A DNA stretch of 64,000 nt from Actinomycetota bacterium (GTDB lineage: Bacteria; Actinomycetota; AC-67), in NCBI GenBank assembly GCA_036397035.1, contig DASWJS010000029.1, positions 132 through 64,131 on the forward strand, in the 5' to 3' direction. A model generated the notes under the pieces. It was not told where the DNA came from, did no database searches, and was given only the letters and a program-made list of their open reading frames with translations. The position numbers and the translations under genes were made by a program. Position 1 is the first letter of the stretch. Every line of letters starts with the position of its first letter. This document shows, piece by piece, positions 30,819 through 40,834 of this stretch.

Positions 30819-31009
30819 GCGAACTGCCTCCTTCTAGGACCCCTCGGCGAACAGAGTTCGCGCTGCGGCACGGGTTCCCCTTCTGGGCGCGCGATCTTGG
30901 GTGCGGGCGAAGCGGCATCTCCGGGCACAGGGCGACTCCTGCTCGATGCCTTTGCGAATCCGCCCGTTCGGTAGGCTACCGGGCCGGCACACGTCAAGAG
31001 GAGGCACGC

Positions 31010-31795
31010 ATGCCCGAGGCGATGGAACTTGCGTTCGAGGAGCGGGGGTCGGGCCCGGTCTTGGTCTTCATCCACGGCTTTCCGTTCGACCGGACGATGT
31101 GGATCCCGCAGCTCGCGGGACTGGCCAAGATCAGGACCTGCGTGGCCGTCGACCTCCGTGGTCACGGCCTGTCGGAGGACCGCGACCCGGGCGACTACTC
31201 CTTCGACCTGTTCGCCGACGACGTGGCGGCGACCCTCGACACGCTCAAGGTGCAGGAGGCGGACGTCTGCGGGCTCTCGATGGGCGGCTACGTCGCGTTT
31301 TCGATGTGGCGGCGCCACCGCGACCGCGTGCGGTCGCTGATCTTGATCGATACGAAGGCGGAGGCCGACTCGGACGAGGCCAGGGCCGGCCGCGAAGCGA
31401 CGGCCGACCTCGTCGCGAAGGAGGGCATGGGCGTGCTGCACGAGAAGCTCGGCCCGAAGCTCGTGGGCGGCAACCCGTCGCAGGACGTCATCGACCGGGT
31501 TCAGGCGATGTTCACCGCGACCTCACCGGAGATCGCCGCCGCCGACTCGCTCGCGATGCGCGACCGGACCGACTCCACGCCCGACCTGCCCACGATCGAC
31601 GTCCCGGTCCTGTGGCTCCACGGCGAGGAGGACCAGTTGATGCCGCTCGCCGGGGCCGAAGCGTCGGCGAAGGAGATCCCCGGCGCCCGCTTCGTGTCGA
31701 TCCCAAAGGCGGGCCACGTCGCCTCCATGGAGAACCCCGACGCGGTCAACGACGCGATCGCGGACTTCCTGCCGGCGAAGCTCCCCAAGGCGTGA
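31010..31795 (+). CDS. alpha/beta hydrolase
   Basis: HGFPFD..GLSMGG nucleophile elbow; GAGGAGG RBS. Confidence 0.85.
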   Translation: MPEAMELAFEERGSGPVLVFIHGFPFDRTMWIPQLAGLAKIRTCVAVDLRGHGLSEDRDPGDYSFDLFADDVAATLDTLKVQEADVCGLSMGGYVAFSMWRRHRDRVRSLILIDTKAEADSDEARAGREATADLVAKEGMGVLHEKLGPKLVGGNPSQDVIDRVQAMFTATSPEIAAADSLAMRDRTDSTPDLPTIDVPVLWLHGEEDQLMPLAGAEASAKEIPGARFVSIPKAGHVASMENPDAVNDAIADFLPAKLPKA

Positions 31796-31834
31796 AAGAG
31801 GGCCCGTGAAAGAGGCCGACTGAAAAGAGGCCGG

Positions 31835-31857
31835 CACAGCGCCGGCCTCGAATCGGC
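31835..31857. terminator. bidirectional hairpin between convergent genes
   Basis: GAGGCCGGC-ACAGC-GCCGGCCTC perfect 9-bp stem. Confidence 0.5.
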
Positions 31858-31864
31858 GGCAGGC

Positions 31865-32191
31865 TCAGTCGCTCGTCGCCCAGTTGGCCACGACCGGGTG
31901 ATCGAAGTCGACCGCGCCGACTTTGGCCGCGCCGCCGGGTGACCCGATGCCGTTCTCCATCGTGAACCACTCGGCGTTGACCGGGGTGAACTGCTTCCAC
32001 GCGTCGGGAACGTCGTCCTCGTAGAAGATCGCCTCGACCGGGCAGGCGGGTTCGCACGCGCCGCAGTCCACGCACTCGTCCGGGTGGATGTAGAGCATCC
32101 GCGGACCTTCGTAGATGCAATCGACCGGGCACTCCTCGATGCACGCCTTGTCCTTGACGTCGATACAAGGCTCCGCGATCGTGTACGTCAC
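31865..32191 (-). CDS. fdxA: 7Fe ferredoxin (3Fe-4S/4Fe-4S)
   Basis: MTYTIAEPCIDVKDKACIEECPVDCIYEG...CVDCGACEPACP, near-identical to the mycobacterial FdxA pattern. Confidence 0.9.
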   Translation of the reverse strand: MTYTIAEPCIDVKDKACIEECPVDCIYEGPRMLYIHPDECVDCGACEPACPVEAIFYEDDVPDAWKQFTPVNAEWFTMENGIGSPGGAAKVGAVDFDHPVVANWATSD

Positions 32192-32299
32192 GCTTGCTAC
32201 CCCCTCTTACGCGAACGTTCGCATAGTAGCGTATCGATTGAAGATGTCGAACGGCCGCCGCGGGCGCAGCGGCGGCGCTTGTGCCGTTGGGAAACCGCC

Positions 32300-32959
32300 A
32301 TGCAAATCGAGCCGATCACGCTCCGAACCGCCGACGGCCTCCGCCTCGAGGGGCGGCTCGGCAACCCCCCGACCGCCCGGGGCGGCGCCGTCATCTGCCA
32401 TCCCCACCCGCTCTACGAAGGCTCGATGTCGAGCGGCTTCATCCCGGTCATGCAACGCGAGATCGTCGCGGCCGGGTGGGCGTGCCTTCGCTTCAACTTC
32501 CGCGGCGTGCGGCGCAGCGAAGGCGCCTACGGCGAGGGAGCGGGCGAGCTGATCGACGCGCGCGCCGCGCTCGATGCGGTTGCTTCGGCGCTGCCCGGCA
32601 CGCCGCTCGCGGTCGTCGGGTGGTCCTTCGGGGCGCTCGTGGGCCTGGCCGCCGCCGTCGCCGACGACCGCGTGGACACCTGCGTCGTCGTCGCTCCGCC
32701 CGTCTCGGTGGAGACGCCGATCGCGCTCCCGCCCCAACCGTCCGCGGACGCGCCGGCCGCCTGGGAGGGACGGCTGCTCGCCGTCTGCGGGACGCGGGAC
32801 CGCTTCTGCCGACCCGACGATCTCCGGCGCTGGACGGCATCGCGCCTCCCCGGCGCCGTCGTGGAGACCTTCGAGGGCGAGGACCACATGTTCTCCGGCA
32901 CGCGCCGCGTCGAGATGGCGAAACGCGTCGCGCGGTTTCTGGACGCGGCCATAGCATGA
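32300..32959 (+). CDS. alpha/beta hydrolase (dienelactone hydrolase family)
   Basis: GWSFGA nucleophile motif; 219 aa. Confidence 0.7.
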   Translation: MQIEPITLRTADGLRLEGRLGNPPTARGGAVICHPHPLYEGSMSSGFIPVMQREIVAAGWACLRFNFRGVRRSEGAYGEGAGELIDARAALDAVASALPGTPLAVVGWSFGALVGLAAAVADDRVDTCVVVAPPVSVETPIALPPQPSADAPAAWEGRLLAVCGTRDRFCRPDDLRRWTASRLPGAVVETFEGEDHMFSGTRRVEMAKRVARFLDAAIA

Positions 32960-34359
32960 GCGTGATGCCCGCCCTGTACGACACGATGGCGCGCGAGGTT
33001 CTCGCGATCGCTCCCGCCGGCGACCGGCTCACGATGTACACGTGCGGCCCGACGGTCTACCGCTACGCGCACATCGGCAACCTGCGGACGTTCCTGATGG
33101 CCGACCTGATCCGGCGCACGTTCGAGTACGCCGGCACCGAGGTCGAGCAGATCCAGAACATCACCGACGTCGGCCACATGACCGACGAGCTGTTCGATCG
33201 CGGTGAGGACAAGATGCTCGTCGCGGCCGGCCTCGAGGGCAAGAGCCCCGAGGAGATCGCCGCCGCCTACACCGAGGCGTTCCTGGCCGACGTAACGGCG
33301 TTCAACATCCGCCCGGCGGCCGCATACCCACGAGCGTCCGAACACGTCCCGCAGATGATCGAGTTGATCGCGAAGCTGATCGAGCGAGGCCATGCCTACG
33401 AGGCAGACGGGAACGTCTACTACGACGTCTCCTCCTTCCCCGCCTACGGCGCGCTGTCGGGCAACACCCTCGACCACCTGGAGGCCGATCACCGCAAGGA
33501 GATCGGGGACGAGAACAAGCGCCGCCCGGCCGACTTCCTGCTCTGGAAGCGCGCCGGCGAGCATCGCGTGATCCTGTTCCCCTCGCCCTGGGGCGAGGGC
33601 TACCCGGGATGGCACATCGAATGCTCCGCCATGTCGCTCGACCGCTTCGGGGAGTCCTTCGACCTGCACACCGGAGGCGAGGACAACGTCTTCCCGCACC
33701 ACGAGGACGAGATCGCGCAGTCCGAGGGCGCGACCGGCCACCGGGTCGTCCGGCACTGGGTCCACGGCGCGCACTTGCTGAGCGAGGGCCGCAAGATGGC
33801 CAAGAGCGCAGAGAACTACTACGACCTCCGCGACCTCGCGGCGCGCGGACACGACGAGCCCCTCGCCGCCCGGCTGCTGTTCCTTCAGTCGCGCTACCGC
33901 GCTCAGATGAACTTCACGCTGGAAGCGCTGGGCGGCGCGGAGAAGGCGCTCGGGCGATGGCGACGGCAGGTCGCGTCCTGGTCCCAGCATCCGCCGCTCG
34001 GCGGCGACGCGGTGCGGGACGCGGAGAAGCGCTTCGTCGCGGCGATCGGCGACGACCTCGACACGCCGGCCGCGATGGCGCTCGTCGCCGAGGCGATCAA
34101 GTCCGAAGCGATCTCGCGCGGCGACAAAGCGGCGCTGCTGACCCGATGGGACGGCTTCCTCGGGCTCGACCTCGGGCGCGACGTCGAGCGGCGGATCGAC
34201 GTGCCCCCGATGGTGATGGACTTGATCGCTCAGCGGGAGCGCGCGCGGAGCCACAAGGATTGGTCGAGCGCCGACCGCCTCCGCCACAAGATCCTGTCGT
34301 TCGGCTTCGAGGTCGAGGACACGCCCGACGGCCCGCAGCCGCGCCCGCGGGCGCGCTGA
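32956..34359 (+). CDS. cysS: cysteine--tRNA ligase
   Basis: HIGN and KMAKS class-I motifs; C-terminal DALR/anticodon-binding region present (467 aa); ATGA overlap with the upstream gene. Confidence 0.9.
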   Translation: MSVMPALYDTMAREVLAIAPAGDRLTMYTCGPTVYRYAHIGNLRTFLMADLIRRTFEYAGTEVEQIQNITDVGHMTDELFDRGEDKMLVAAGLEGKSPEEIAAAYTEAFLADVTAFNIRPAAAYPRASEHVPQMIELIAKLIERGHAYEADGNVYYDVSSFPAYGALSGNTLDHLEADHRKEIGDENKRRPADFLLWKRAGEHRVILFPSPWGEGYPGWHIECSAMSLDRFGESFDLHTGGEDNVFPHHEDEIAQSEGATGHRVVRHWVHGAHLLSEGRKMAKSAENYYDLRDLAARGHDEPLAARLLFLQSRYRAQMNFTLEALGGAEKALGRWRRQVASWSQHPPLGGDAVRDAEKRFVAAIGDDLDTPAAMALVAEAIKSEAISRGDKAALLTRWDGFLGLDLGRDVERRIDVPPMVMDLIAQRERARSHKDWSSADRLRHKILSFGFEVEDTPDGPQPRPRAR

Positions 34360-34360
34360 G

Positions 34361-35404
34361 CTACGGCTTGAGGATCACCTTCAGCGCCTCGCGGGAGTCG
34401 AACAGCTCGTAGCCCTTCACCGCCTGTTCCAGGGGCAGCGTGTGCGAGATGAGCACGGTCGGGTCGATGGTGCCGCCGGCGACGAGCGCGAGCGCGCGGT
34501 CCCAGTGCGCTTGCACGTTCGCGGTCGCCCCCATCACGATCGTGATCCCGCGGCGCCACAGCTCGCCGAAAGCGATCTCGTGGGACAGCTCGGTGTAGAC
34601 GCCGATCACGGCGACGGTTCCGCCCGCACGCACGGCATCGGTCGCGGTGTCGAAAGCCTTCAAGCTGCCGACGCACTCGATGACGACGTCGGGCCCGCGG
34701 CCGCCGGTACGGCGCTGCAGCTCGACGACCGGGTTGACGGCGCTCGCGTCGATCGGCGTCGCGCCGAGCGAGGCCGCGATCTGGAGGCGGTCGGGCGCGA
34801 GGTCGACCACGAAGACTTCGGACGGCTCGTGCGCGCGCGCGCTCATCGCCGTCAGCAGGCCGACCGGACCGGCGCCCACGACCGCGACCGCGTCGCCGGG
34901 CTCGATGCGAGCGCGCTCGCAGACGTAGACGGCCGTCGTGAGGATGTCGCCTGCGAAGACGGCCTGGTCGTCGGTCAGCGCGCCGGGCACGTGGTGCAGG
35001 TTCACGTCGGCGACGGGCACCCGCACGGCTTCCGCCTGGCACCCGTCGAGGTCGCCGGTGAAGATCCCGTACCCGAGTGCCCTGATGTCCTCGCACAGGT
35101 TGAAGTCGCGGCGGGCGCAGAACCAGCACGACCCGCACGCGATCAGGAACGAGCCGACGACGCGGTCGCCCGCAGAGAAGCCGCGCACCGCTTCGCCGAC
35201 GGCTTCGACGGTGCCGACGAACTCGTGGCCGAGCACGCTGCCCTCACGCACGCCTGGAACGCGGCCGTGCAGCAGGTGCAGGTCCGACCCGCAGACCGCG
35301 GCGGTGCTCACCCGAACGACCGCGTCGCCGGGATCGATCACGACCGGATCCGGATACTCGCCGACGCGGATGTGGCCGACGTCGTCGAACAGGACCGCCC
35401 GCAT
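34361..35404 (-). CDS. zinc-dependent alcohol dehydrogenase (MDR family)
   Basis: GHEFVGTVEAVG zinc motif; GAGPVG NAD-binding motif. Confidence 0.85.
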   Translation of the reverse strand: MRAVLFDDVGHIRVGEYPDPVVIDPGDAVVRVSTAAVCGSDLHLLHGRVPGVREGSVLGHEFVGTVEAVGEAVRGFSAGDRVVGSFLIACGSCWFCARRDFNLCEDIRALGYGIFTGDLDGCQAEAVRVPVADVNLHHVPGALTDDQAVFAGDILTTAVYVCERARIEPGDAVAVVGAGPVGLLTAMSARAHEPSEVFVVDLAPDRLQIAASLGATPIDASAVNPVVELQRRTGGRGPDVVIECVGSLKAFDTATDAVRAGGTVAVIGVYTELSHEIAFGELWRRGITIVMGATANVQAHWDRALALVAGGTIDPTVLISHTLPLEQAVKGYELFDSREALKVILKP

Positions 35405-35784
35405 CAGGCGGGACGCTTCCCGTCCAGCGCACGCACCTGTGCGCCGGGGGCGCTGCGCGTCCGCCACTCCACGATGCGGACGGCCGCCCAGATCGCCGCG
35501 ACGCCCAACGCCGCTGGCGTACTGATGCCGCCGCGAACGACGATTGGCGGCGCGCCGGACGCGGCGGCGGTGGTCTTCTTCGCAGGCTTGGCCCGCTTCG
35601 AGCGCAGGCGCGCGCGGACCATTCCCGCCGCGAGCAACGTCAACCCGCCGGCCAGACCGGACGCGATGCGCATCCCGCGCCGCTTCGCCGGACCGATGCG
35701 CCGGCCCAGCTCGGACAGCTTGTCCTCGAGCCCCGCGCGAACCGCTTCCGTCTCGGCTATCACTTCACCCGGTCGCGTACCCAT
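35404..35784 (-). CDS. DUF3618-like membrane-associated protein
   Basis: 126 aa; N-terminal coiled region then TM helix GLAGGLTLLAAGMV; overlaps upstream gene by 25 nt. Confidence 0.6.
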   Translation of the reverse strand: MGTRPGEVIAETEAVRAGLEDKLSELGRRIGPAKRRGMRIASGLAGGLTLLAAGMVRARLRSKRAKPAKKTTAAASGAPPIVVRGGISTPAALGVAAIWAAVRIVEWRTRSAPGAQVRALDGKRPA

Positions 35785-36140
35785 CGCGCATCCTCCTTCA
35801 CCTTGTCCATCGCCGCCCTGCTCCCCGGGCCGCCGGCCTTGATCTTGCGGACGCCGAGCCATGCGCCGAGCGCCGCGAGGCCCAGCAGCACGATGCTTGC
35901 GACGAGGAAGTCGAGCCACGGCGAGAAGGGGAGCGCGAGCGCCCCGGACATCACCAGGAACAGCAGTCCCGGCACGACCAGCACGACCGCGATGAGAACG
36001 GCCGCGACGCCCTTCATGCGCTCGACCACCCCTTCCACGATCGCGTCCTTCAGCAGCTCGCCCTCGAGCCGGAACAGCTTCGCGGCGTCCTCGATCGATT
36101 CGGCGACGAGCTGCGAGGTGCTCTTGTCGGTGTTCTCCAT
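35760..36140 (-). CDS. phage holin family protein (actinobacterial Holin-X-like)
   Basis: GAAGGAGG RBS; two TM helices; size and topology of Holin-X. Confidence 0.6.
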   Translation of the reverse strand: MENTDKSTSQLVAESIEDAAKLFRLEGELLKDAIVEGVVERMKGVAAVLIAVVLVVPGLLFLVMSGALALPFSPWLDFLVASIVLLGLAALGAWLGVRKIKAGGPGSRAAMDKVKEDARWVRDRVK

Positions 36141-36185
36141 GCCGGGCCTCCTTCGCGGCCAACGCTACCGCGCGCCCGGCCGCCG

Positions 36186-36659
36186 TCAGCGGCCGGGCTG
36201 CCAGACCATCATGAAGATGATCAGCACGGTGAGGATGCCCAGGATCGGGCCGAGCCGCTGCGTCGTCTTCTTGTTCGCCTCGAACTCGGGCGTGCCCGCC
36301 TTGCCTTCCTTCGCCAGCTTGACGACCCTGTGGATCGCCGGGTTGTCGATCCCGTAGGAGATAACCAGGACGGCGATGTAGGCGATGATCGAGACGTAGA
36401 GCCACTCCTGCTGGAAGAAGAGCGTGTCGAGCCCCCGGTCGAAGATCAGCAACGCGCCGCTCAGGGGTTGCGTGATGAGCGCCACCGGCGTCACGACCTT
36501 CGTCTCGATCGCCATCAACGTCTCCAGGATCGCCAGGTTCCCCGGCGGCGGCGTCTTCTCGATCATCTTGCCCATCACGGCGAAGCCGAACGTCGGTCCG
36601 ATGCCGGCGATCGCGCCGCCGATGTGGACCAGGAACAAGATCTTGGTATACGCGTCCAT
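36186..36659 (-). CDS. DUF2269-like integral membrane protein
   Basis: 157 aa, four hydrophobic helices; GGGAGGGA RBS. Confidence 0.6.
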   Translation of the reverse strand: MDAYTKILFLVHIGGAIAGIGPTFGFAVMGKMIEKTPPPGNLAILETLMAIETKVVTPVALITQPLSGALLIFDRGLDTLFFQQEWLYVSIIAYIAVLVISYGIDNPAIHRVVKLAKEGKAGTPEFEANKKTTQRLGPILGILTVLIIFMMVWQPGR

Positions 36660-36740
36660 GCACGTCCCTCCCGTCGCGCCGAGTCTCCCACGCAGGTCGC
36701 ATCCGGGCAAGTATCCGCGCGGCGTGCGTAGGATGCGCCC

Positions 36741-37043
36741 ATGCCGAAGGCGCCGCTGCTCGACGAGAGCGAGATCGGGAGGCGGCTCGACGCGCTTCCC
36801 GCGTGGGAACGCAAGGGCGATCAGCTCGTGCGCACGGTGCGCTTCGCGGACTTCACCGAAGCGGTCGCGTTCGTGAGCCGCCTCGTCGAGCCGTCGAACG
36901 GGCAGAACCACCACCCGGACGTGGCGATCCACTGGAACGAAGTGACCCTCACGCTGTGGACGCACGCGAGCGGCGGGCTCACCGAGCGCGACTTCCGGCT
37001 GGCCGCGACCATCGACGCCCTGGCGCCCGATGCCGGCACTTGA
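36741..37043 (+). CDS. phhB: 4a-hydroxytetrahydrobiopterin dehydratase (pterin-4-alpha-carbinolamine dehydratase)
   Basis: EPSNGQNHHPDVAIHWNEVTLTLWTH matches the PCD signature. Confidence 0.8.
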   Translation: MPKAPLLDESEIGRRLDALPAWERKGDQLVRTVRFADFTEAVAFVSRLVEPSNGQNHHPDVAIHWNEVTLTLWTHASGGLTERDFRLAATIDALAPDAGT

Positions 37044-37455
37044 CTTCGCCTTCCTGGCCGACGCGGCCGAGGCGCAGCCCGGACGCAAGTTCTACGTGCT
37101 CGGCGGCGGAATCGATTCCATCGGCGCGCCGCGGTTCCCGGTCGTGCACCCGATGATGTCCCTCGTGATGCGCGTGCTGATCCACCCGATGGAGGCCGAG
37201 GACGAGCACGCCCTGGACATCCGCCTGATCGACTCCGACGGCCACGAGCTTGTCCGCTTGGACGGGAAGCTCCGCGCGAACGATCCCGCCCGCACCGGCC
37301 GCGAGATCACCGTTCCGTTCGTGATGAACCTGGTCAACACGCGCTTCGACCGCCCGGGCGACTACAGCATCGAGATCCTGATCGACGGCGAGCACGCCAA
37401 GAGCCTGCCGCTGCGGCTGCACCAGGTCGGCGCGCCGGGCCAGGGGAAGGCGTGA
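37030..37455 (+). CDS. hypothetical protein (141 aa)
   Basis: ORF overlapping phhB by 14 nt; protein-like composition; no family recognised. Confidence 0.45.
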   Translation: MPALDFAFLADAAEAQPGRKFYVLGGGIDSIGAPRFPVVHPMMSLVMRVLIHPMEAEDEHALDIRLIDSDGHELVRLDGKLRANDPARTGREITVPFVMNLVNTRFDRPGDYSIEILIDGEHAKSLPLRLHQVGAPGQGKA

Positions 37456-37470
37456 CGCCGCCGCGCCGGG

Positions 37471-38451
37471 CTAGGCGCGGGCGTCTTCGGCCAGCTCGCG
37501 CGGGAGCGCGAAGCGCACGTCCTCGGTCACGACGGTGACCTCTTCGACCTCGCTGACGCCGCGCGCGCGGAACCACGCGACGACGCGATCGACCAGCCAT
37601 TCGGGCGCCGACGCCCCCGAGGTGATCCCGACCGTGGCCGCGCCGTCGAGCCAGGACTCCTCGATCTCGGTCTCGTCGTCGATCAGGTAGGACCGCGCGC
37701 CGAGCGAGCGGGCGACCTCCGCGAGGCGCTTGGAGTTCGAGGAGTTGTCGCTGCCGATGACGAGCACCACGTCGGCTCGCTCGGCGATCGTCTTGACGGC
37801 GCTCTGCCGGTTCTGCGTCGCGTAGCAGATGTCCTCGCGCGGCGGCCCCTGGATCGCGGGGTTGCGCGCGCGCAGGCGCTCGATGACCTCGTTGGTCTCG
37901 TCGACCGACAGCGTCGTCTGCGACACGTACGCGACCTTGCCGCCGTCCAGCGGCACGGCATCGGCTTCCGCGGGGCTCCCGATGAGGGTGATCGAGCCGG
38001 GCGCCTCGCCCATCGTGCCGATCACCTCCTCATGCCCCTCGTGGCCGATCAGGACGATGTCGTAGCCGTCGCGCGCGAACCGCTTCGCCTCGACGTGCAC
38101 CTTCGTCACCAGCGGGCAGGTCGCGTCGATGACGTGGAGGCCGCGCGCGCGCCCCTGCTCGTAGACTTCGGGCGCGACGCCGTGCGCCGAGAGCACCGTC
38201 GTCGCGCCTTCCGGGACCTCGTCCAGCTCCTCGACGAAGATCGCGCCCTTGGCCTCGAGGTCGCGCACGACGGAGATGTTGTGAACGATTTGCTTGCGCA
38301 CGTACACGGGCGATCCGTACCGCGCGATCGCCCGCTCGACGATCTCTACCGCGCGGTCGACGCCGGCGCAATAGCCGCGCGGCGCGGCCAGGAGCAGGCG
38401 GCGGGGAGTCGTCACCGGACCAATGGTAGTCGCCCCGGAACCGGGCGACAC
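37471..38451 (-). CDS. ispH: 4-hydroxy-3-methylbut-2-enyl diphosphate reductase
   Basis: [16 protein letters not shown]...HNISVV...[12 protein letters not shown]... is the IspH/LytB pattern. Confidence 0.9.
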   Translation of the reverse strand: MSPGSGATTIGPVTTPRRLLLAAPRGYCAGVDRAVEIVERAIARYGSPVYVRKQIVHNISVVRDLEAKGAIFVEELDEVPEGATTVLSAHGVAPEVYEQGRARGLHVIDATCPLVTKVHVEAKRFARDGYDIVLIGHEGHEEVIGTMGEAPGSITLIGSPAEADAVPLDGGKVAYVSQTTLSVDETNEVIERLRARNPAIQGPPREDICYATQNRQSAVKTIAERADVVLVIGSDNSSNSKRLAEVARSLGARSYLIDDETEIEESWLDGAATVGITSGASAPEWLVDRVVAWFRARGVSEVEEVTVVTEDVRFALPRELAEDARA

Positions 38452-38458
38452 GCCCCGG

Positions 38459-39472
38459 TCAGCCGCGGTTCGGCTTCGCGGCCTTCCGGACCGCGGCGGC
38501 CTTCGAGCGGCGCTTGCCCGCGAGCGACACCGTTCCCTTCCCGTCGTGCAGGTGCCGTCGCAGGAAGTCGGCGACGGCTCGGTTGACCTGCTGCTGCCGC
38601 TCCAGGATCGTCCCGTGCGTGCCGCCCTCGACGGTGAGCAGCTCAGCGAGAGGCATCCGCGAGGCCATCACGTGACCGAGCCACGGCGGCACGAAGTTGT
38701 CGCGCTCGCCCACGACGACCAGCGCCGGCACTTTCACGTGACGCAACAGGTCCTCCGCCGAGTGCTCGTGCATCGCCTGCGCCATCTTCAGCATGATCTG
38801 CGGGTCCATCATCGCCATGTGGTCGTAGTACGGGCGCATGTCCTCCGCGGCGGTGTCCGGACCGAGGATCCCGAACTGGACGGCGAGCGGGTGCGGGATG
38901 CTCGAACGGAACAGCGCGCGCCAGGCGGGCGCGACGGCGGCGGGGAGCTTGCCGAGCGCAAAGCTCGCCAGCGGGAAGACGCGCGGCGCGACCGTGGTGT
39001 TGAAGATGGTGTGAATCGCGCTCGCGTACGGGCCCGTGATCGACACCAGCGCGCTCACCCGCTTGGGCATCAGGCGATAGGCCTCCAGGCAGACCTGCAC
39101 GCCCATCGAGTGGCCGAGCAGCACCGCCTGGTCGATGCCCTCGTGGTCGAGGATCGCCTTGAGGTCTCGCGCGTAGCGGTCGAGCCGGAAGTCGTCGATC
39201 GTGTAGTTGCGCGCGCGATACCCGGGCTCGCGCGGCATTCCGCTTACCCCGCATCCGCGGTAGTTCCAGATCAGCACGCGGTAGTGGCGCGACAGCGACG
39301 GACCGATGTACTTCCAGAAGTTGTCGGGGCAGCAATACCCGGCGCAGAGCGCGATCACGCGCTCGCCGTTGCCGGCGATCGTGTAGGCGAGGTGCGTGCC
39401 GTCGAAGGACACGACGCAGCGGTCCTTCGGGAACAAGGTGCCTTCGGCGCCGCGAACGCGCAGGTATCCCAT
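38459..39472 (-). CDS. alpha/beta hydrolase
   Basis: GHSMG nucleophile elbow; 337 aa. Confidence 0.8.
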   Translation of the reverse strand: MGYLRVRGAEGTLFPKDRCVVSFDGTHLAYTIAGNGERVIALCAGYCCPDNFWKYIGPSLSRHYRVLIWNYRGCGVSGMPREPGYRARNYTIDDFRLDRYARDLKAILDHEGIDQAVLLGHSMGVQVCLEAYRLMPKRVSALVSITGPYASAIHTIFNTTVAPRVFPLASFALGKLPAAVAPAWRALFRSSIPHPLAVQFGILGPDTAAEDMRPYYDHMAMMDPQIMLKMAQAMHEHSAEDLLRHVKVPALVVVGERDNFVPPWLGHVMASRMPLAELLTVEGGTHGTILERQQQVNRAVADFLRRHLHDGKGTVSLAGKRRSKAAAVRKAAKPNRG

Positions 39473-39502
39473 GTCGCGACGACTCTACCCGGCCCGGCGT
39501 CC

Positions 39503-40702
39503 CTATTCTGCGGCGAGCGCGCGCGAGATCACCAAGCGCTGGATCTCGCTCGTGCCCTCGAACAGCGAGTAGATCTTCGCGTCCCGATGCCACTTTTCCA
39601 CCGGGAAGTCCTTGATGTAGCCGTAGCCGCCGAGCACCTGGATCGCCTGGTCGGTCACCTTCACCGCGACCTCGCCCGCCTTGAGCTTCGACATCGACCC
39701 CTCGGCGTGCGTGAACGGCTGGCCGGTCCGCGCCATCCAGGCCGCGCGCCAGGTGAGGAGCCGCGCCGCGTCGGTTTCCATCGCCATGTCGGCGAGCTGG
39801 AAGGCGACGCCCTGGTGCTCGATGATCGGCCGGCCGAACGTCTCCCGGTCCCTGGCGTAGTCGCGTGCGTACTCCCACGCCGCGCGCGCGATGCCGACGG
39901 CCTGGGCCGCGACGCTCGGCCGCGTCGCCTCGAACGTGGCAAGCGCGCCGGACTTGCGCGAGCTTTGGCCCGAGCGGGCGCGCTCGAGCTTGCCCTCCAG
40001 GCGCTCCATCCCGCCGACGACTTGTGAGTCGGGCACCCAGCAGTCCTCCAGGATCACCTCGGCGGTGTGCGATGCCCGGATGCCCATCTTCTTTTCCTTC
40101 TTGCCCTGGCGGATCCCGGGGTTGCCGGGCTCGACGATGAAGGTCGCTTGGCCGCGGTGGCCGAGGCTCTGGTCGACCGTCGCGACGACGACGTGCACGT
40201 CGGCGATCCCGCCGTTGGTGATGAAGACCTTCGTGCCGTTGAGCAGCCAGCCGTCGCGCTCGCGCGTCGCGGTGCTCCGCAGCTTGGACACGTCCGAGCC
40301 GGCGCCCGGCTCGGTCACGGCGAACGCGGCGACCTTCGGGTCCTCGGGCGTGCCGAACATCTTCGGGGCCCACTCCATCGCCTGCTCGGGCGTGCCGGCG
40401 GCCGCCAGCGCCGCGAGCGGCAAGCCGGTGCCCATGACCGCGAGCGTCACGCCCGCGCAGCCCCACGCCATCTCCTCCAGCGCGATCGGCATCAGCAAGC
40501 CGGTCTCGTCCTGACCGACCTGCATGTAGAAGTCGAACGAGTAGATGCCGACCTCGGCCGCCTTCTTCAGGACGGGCCAGGGGAAGTCCTCGGTCTCGTC
40601 GTAGTCGGGCGCGACGGGACGCACCTCTTTCTCAGCGAACTCGTGAATCCACTTCTGGAACTCTTTCTGTTCCGCGCTCAGTCCGAAATCCGCCATCTCC
40701 AC
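39503..40702 (-). CDS. acyl-CoA dehydrogenase
   Basis: 399 aa; ACAD family N-, middle and C-terminal domains (...GGYGY..). Confidence 0.85.
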   Translation of the reverse strand: MEMADFGLSAEQKEFQKWIHEFAEKEVRPVAPDYDETEDFPWPVLKKAAEVGIYSFDFYMQVGQDETGLLMPIALEEMAWGCAGVTLAVMGTGLPLAALAAAGTPEQAMEWAPKMFGTPEDPKVAAFAVTEPGAGSDVSKLRSTATRERDGWLLNGTKVFITNGGIADVHVVVATVDQSLGHRGQATFIVEPGNPGIRQGKKEKKMGIRASHTAEVILEDCWVPDSQVVGGMERLEGKLERARSGQSSRKSGALATFEATRPSVAAQAVGIARAAWEYARDYARDRETFGRPIIEHQGVAFQLADMAMETDAARLLTWRAAWMARTGQPFTHAEGSMSKLKAGEVAVKVTDQAIQVLGGYGYIKDFPVEKWHRDAKIYSLFEGTSEIQRLVISRALAAE

Positions 40703-40737
40703 TCCCTTCGCCGGCGGCCGCTCTGGCTGCTCAGGAG

Positions 40738-40768
40738 GTTACTTGCAGGTAACTTACCATTCGGTAAT
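40738..40768. promoter_or_regulatory. candidate TetR operator: two adjacent imperfect palindromes in the divergent intergenic region
   Basis: GTTACTTGCAGGTAAC followed by TTACCATTCGGTAA, between the acyl-CoA dehydrogenase and TetR genes. Confidence 0.4.
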
Positions 40769-40834
40769 CTAGCCCCGCAACGCAGCCCCGTCAAGAGATG
40801 CATCGGGAGGGAGAGAGCCCTGGCCACACGGCGT

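Noticed and set aside
32956-34359. CysS paralog MshC (mycothiol ligase)
   Set aside because: The protein is full length (467 aa) with the C-terminal anticodon-binding region that MshC lacks, so it is called cysS.
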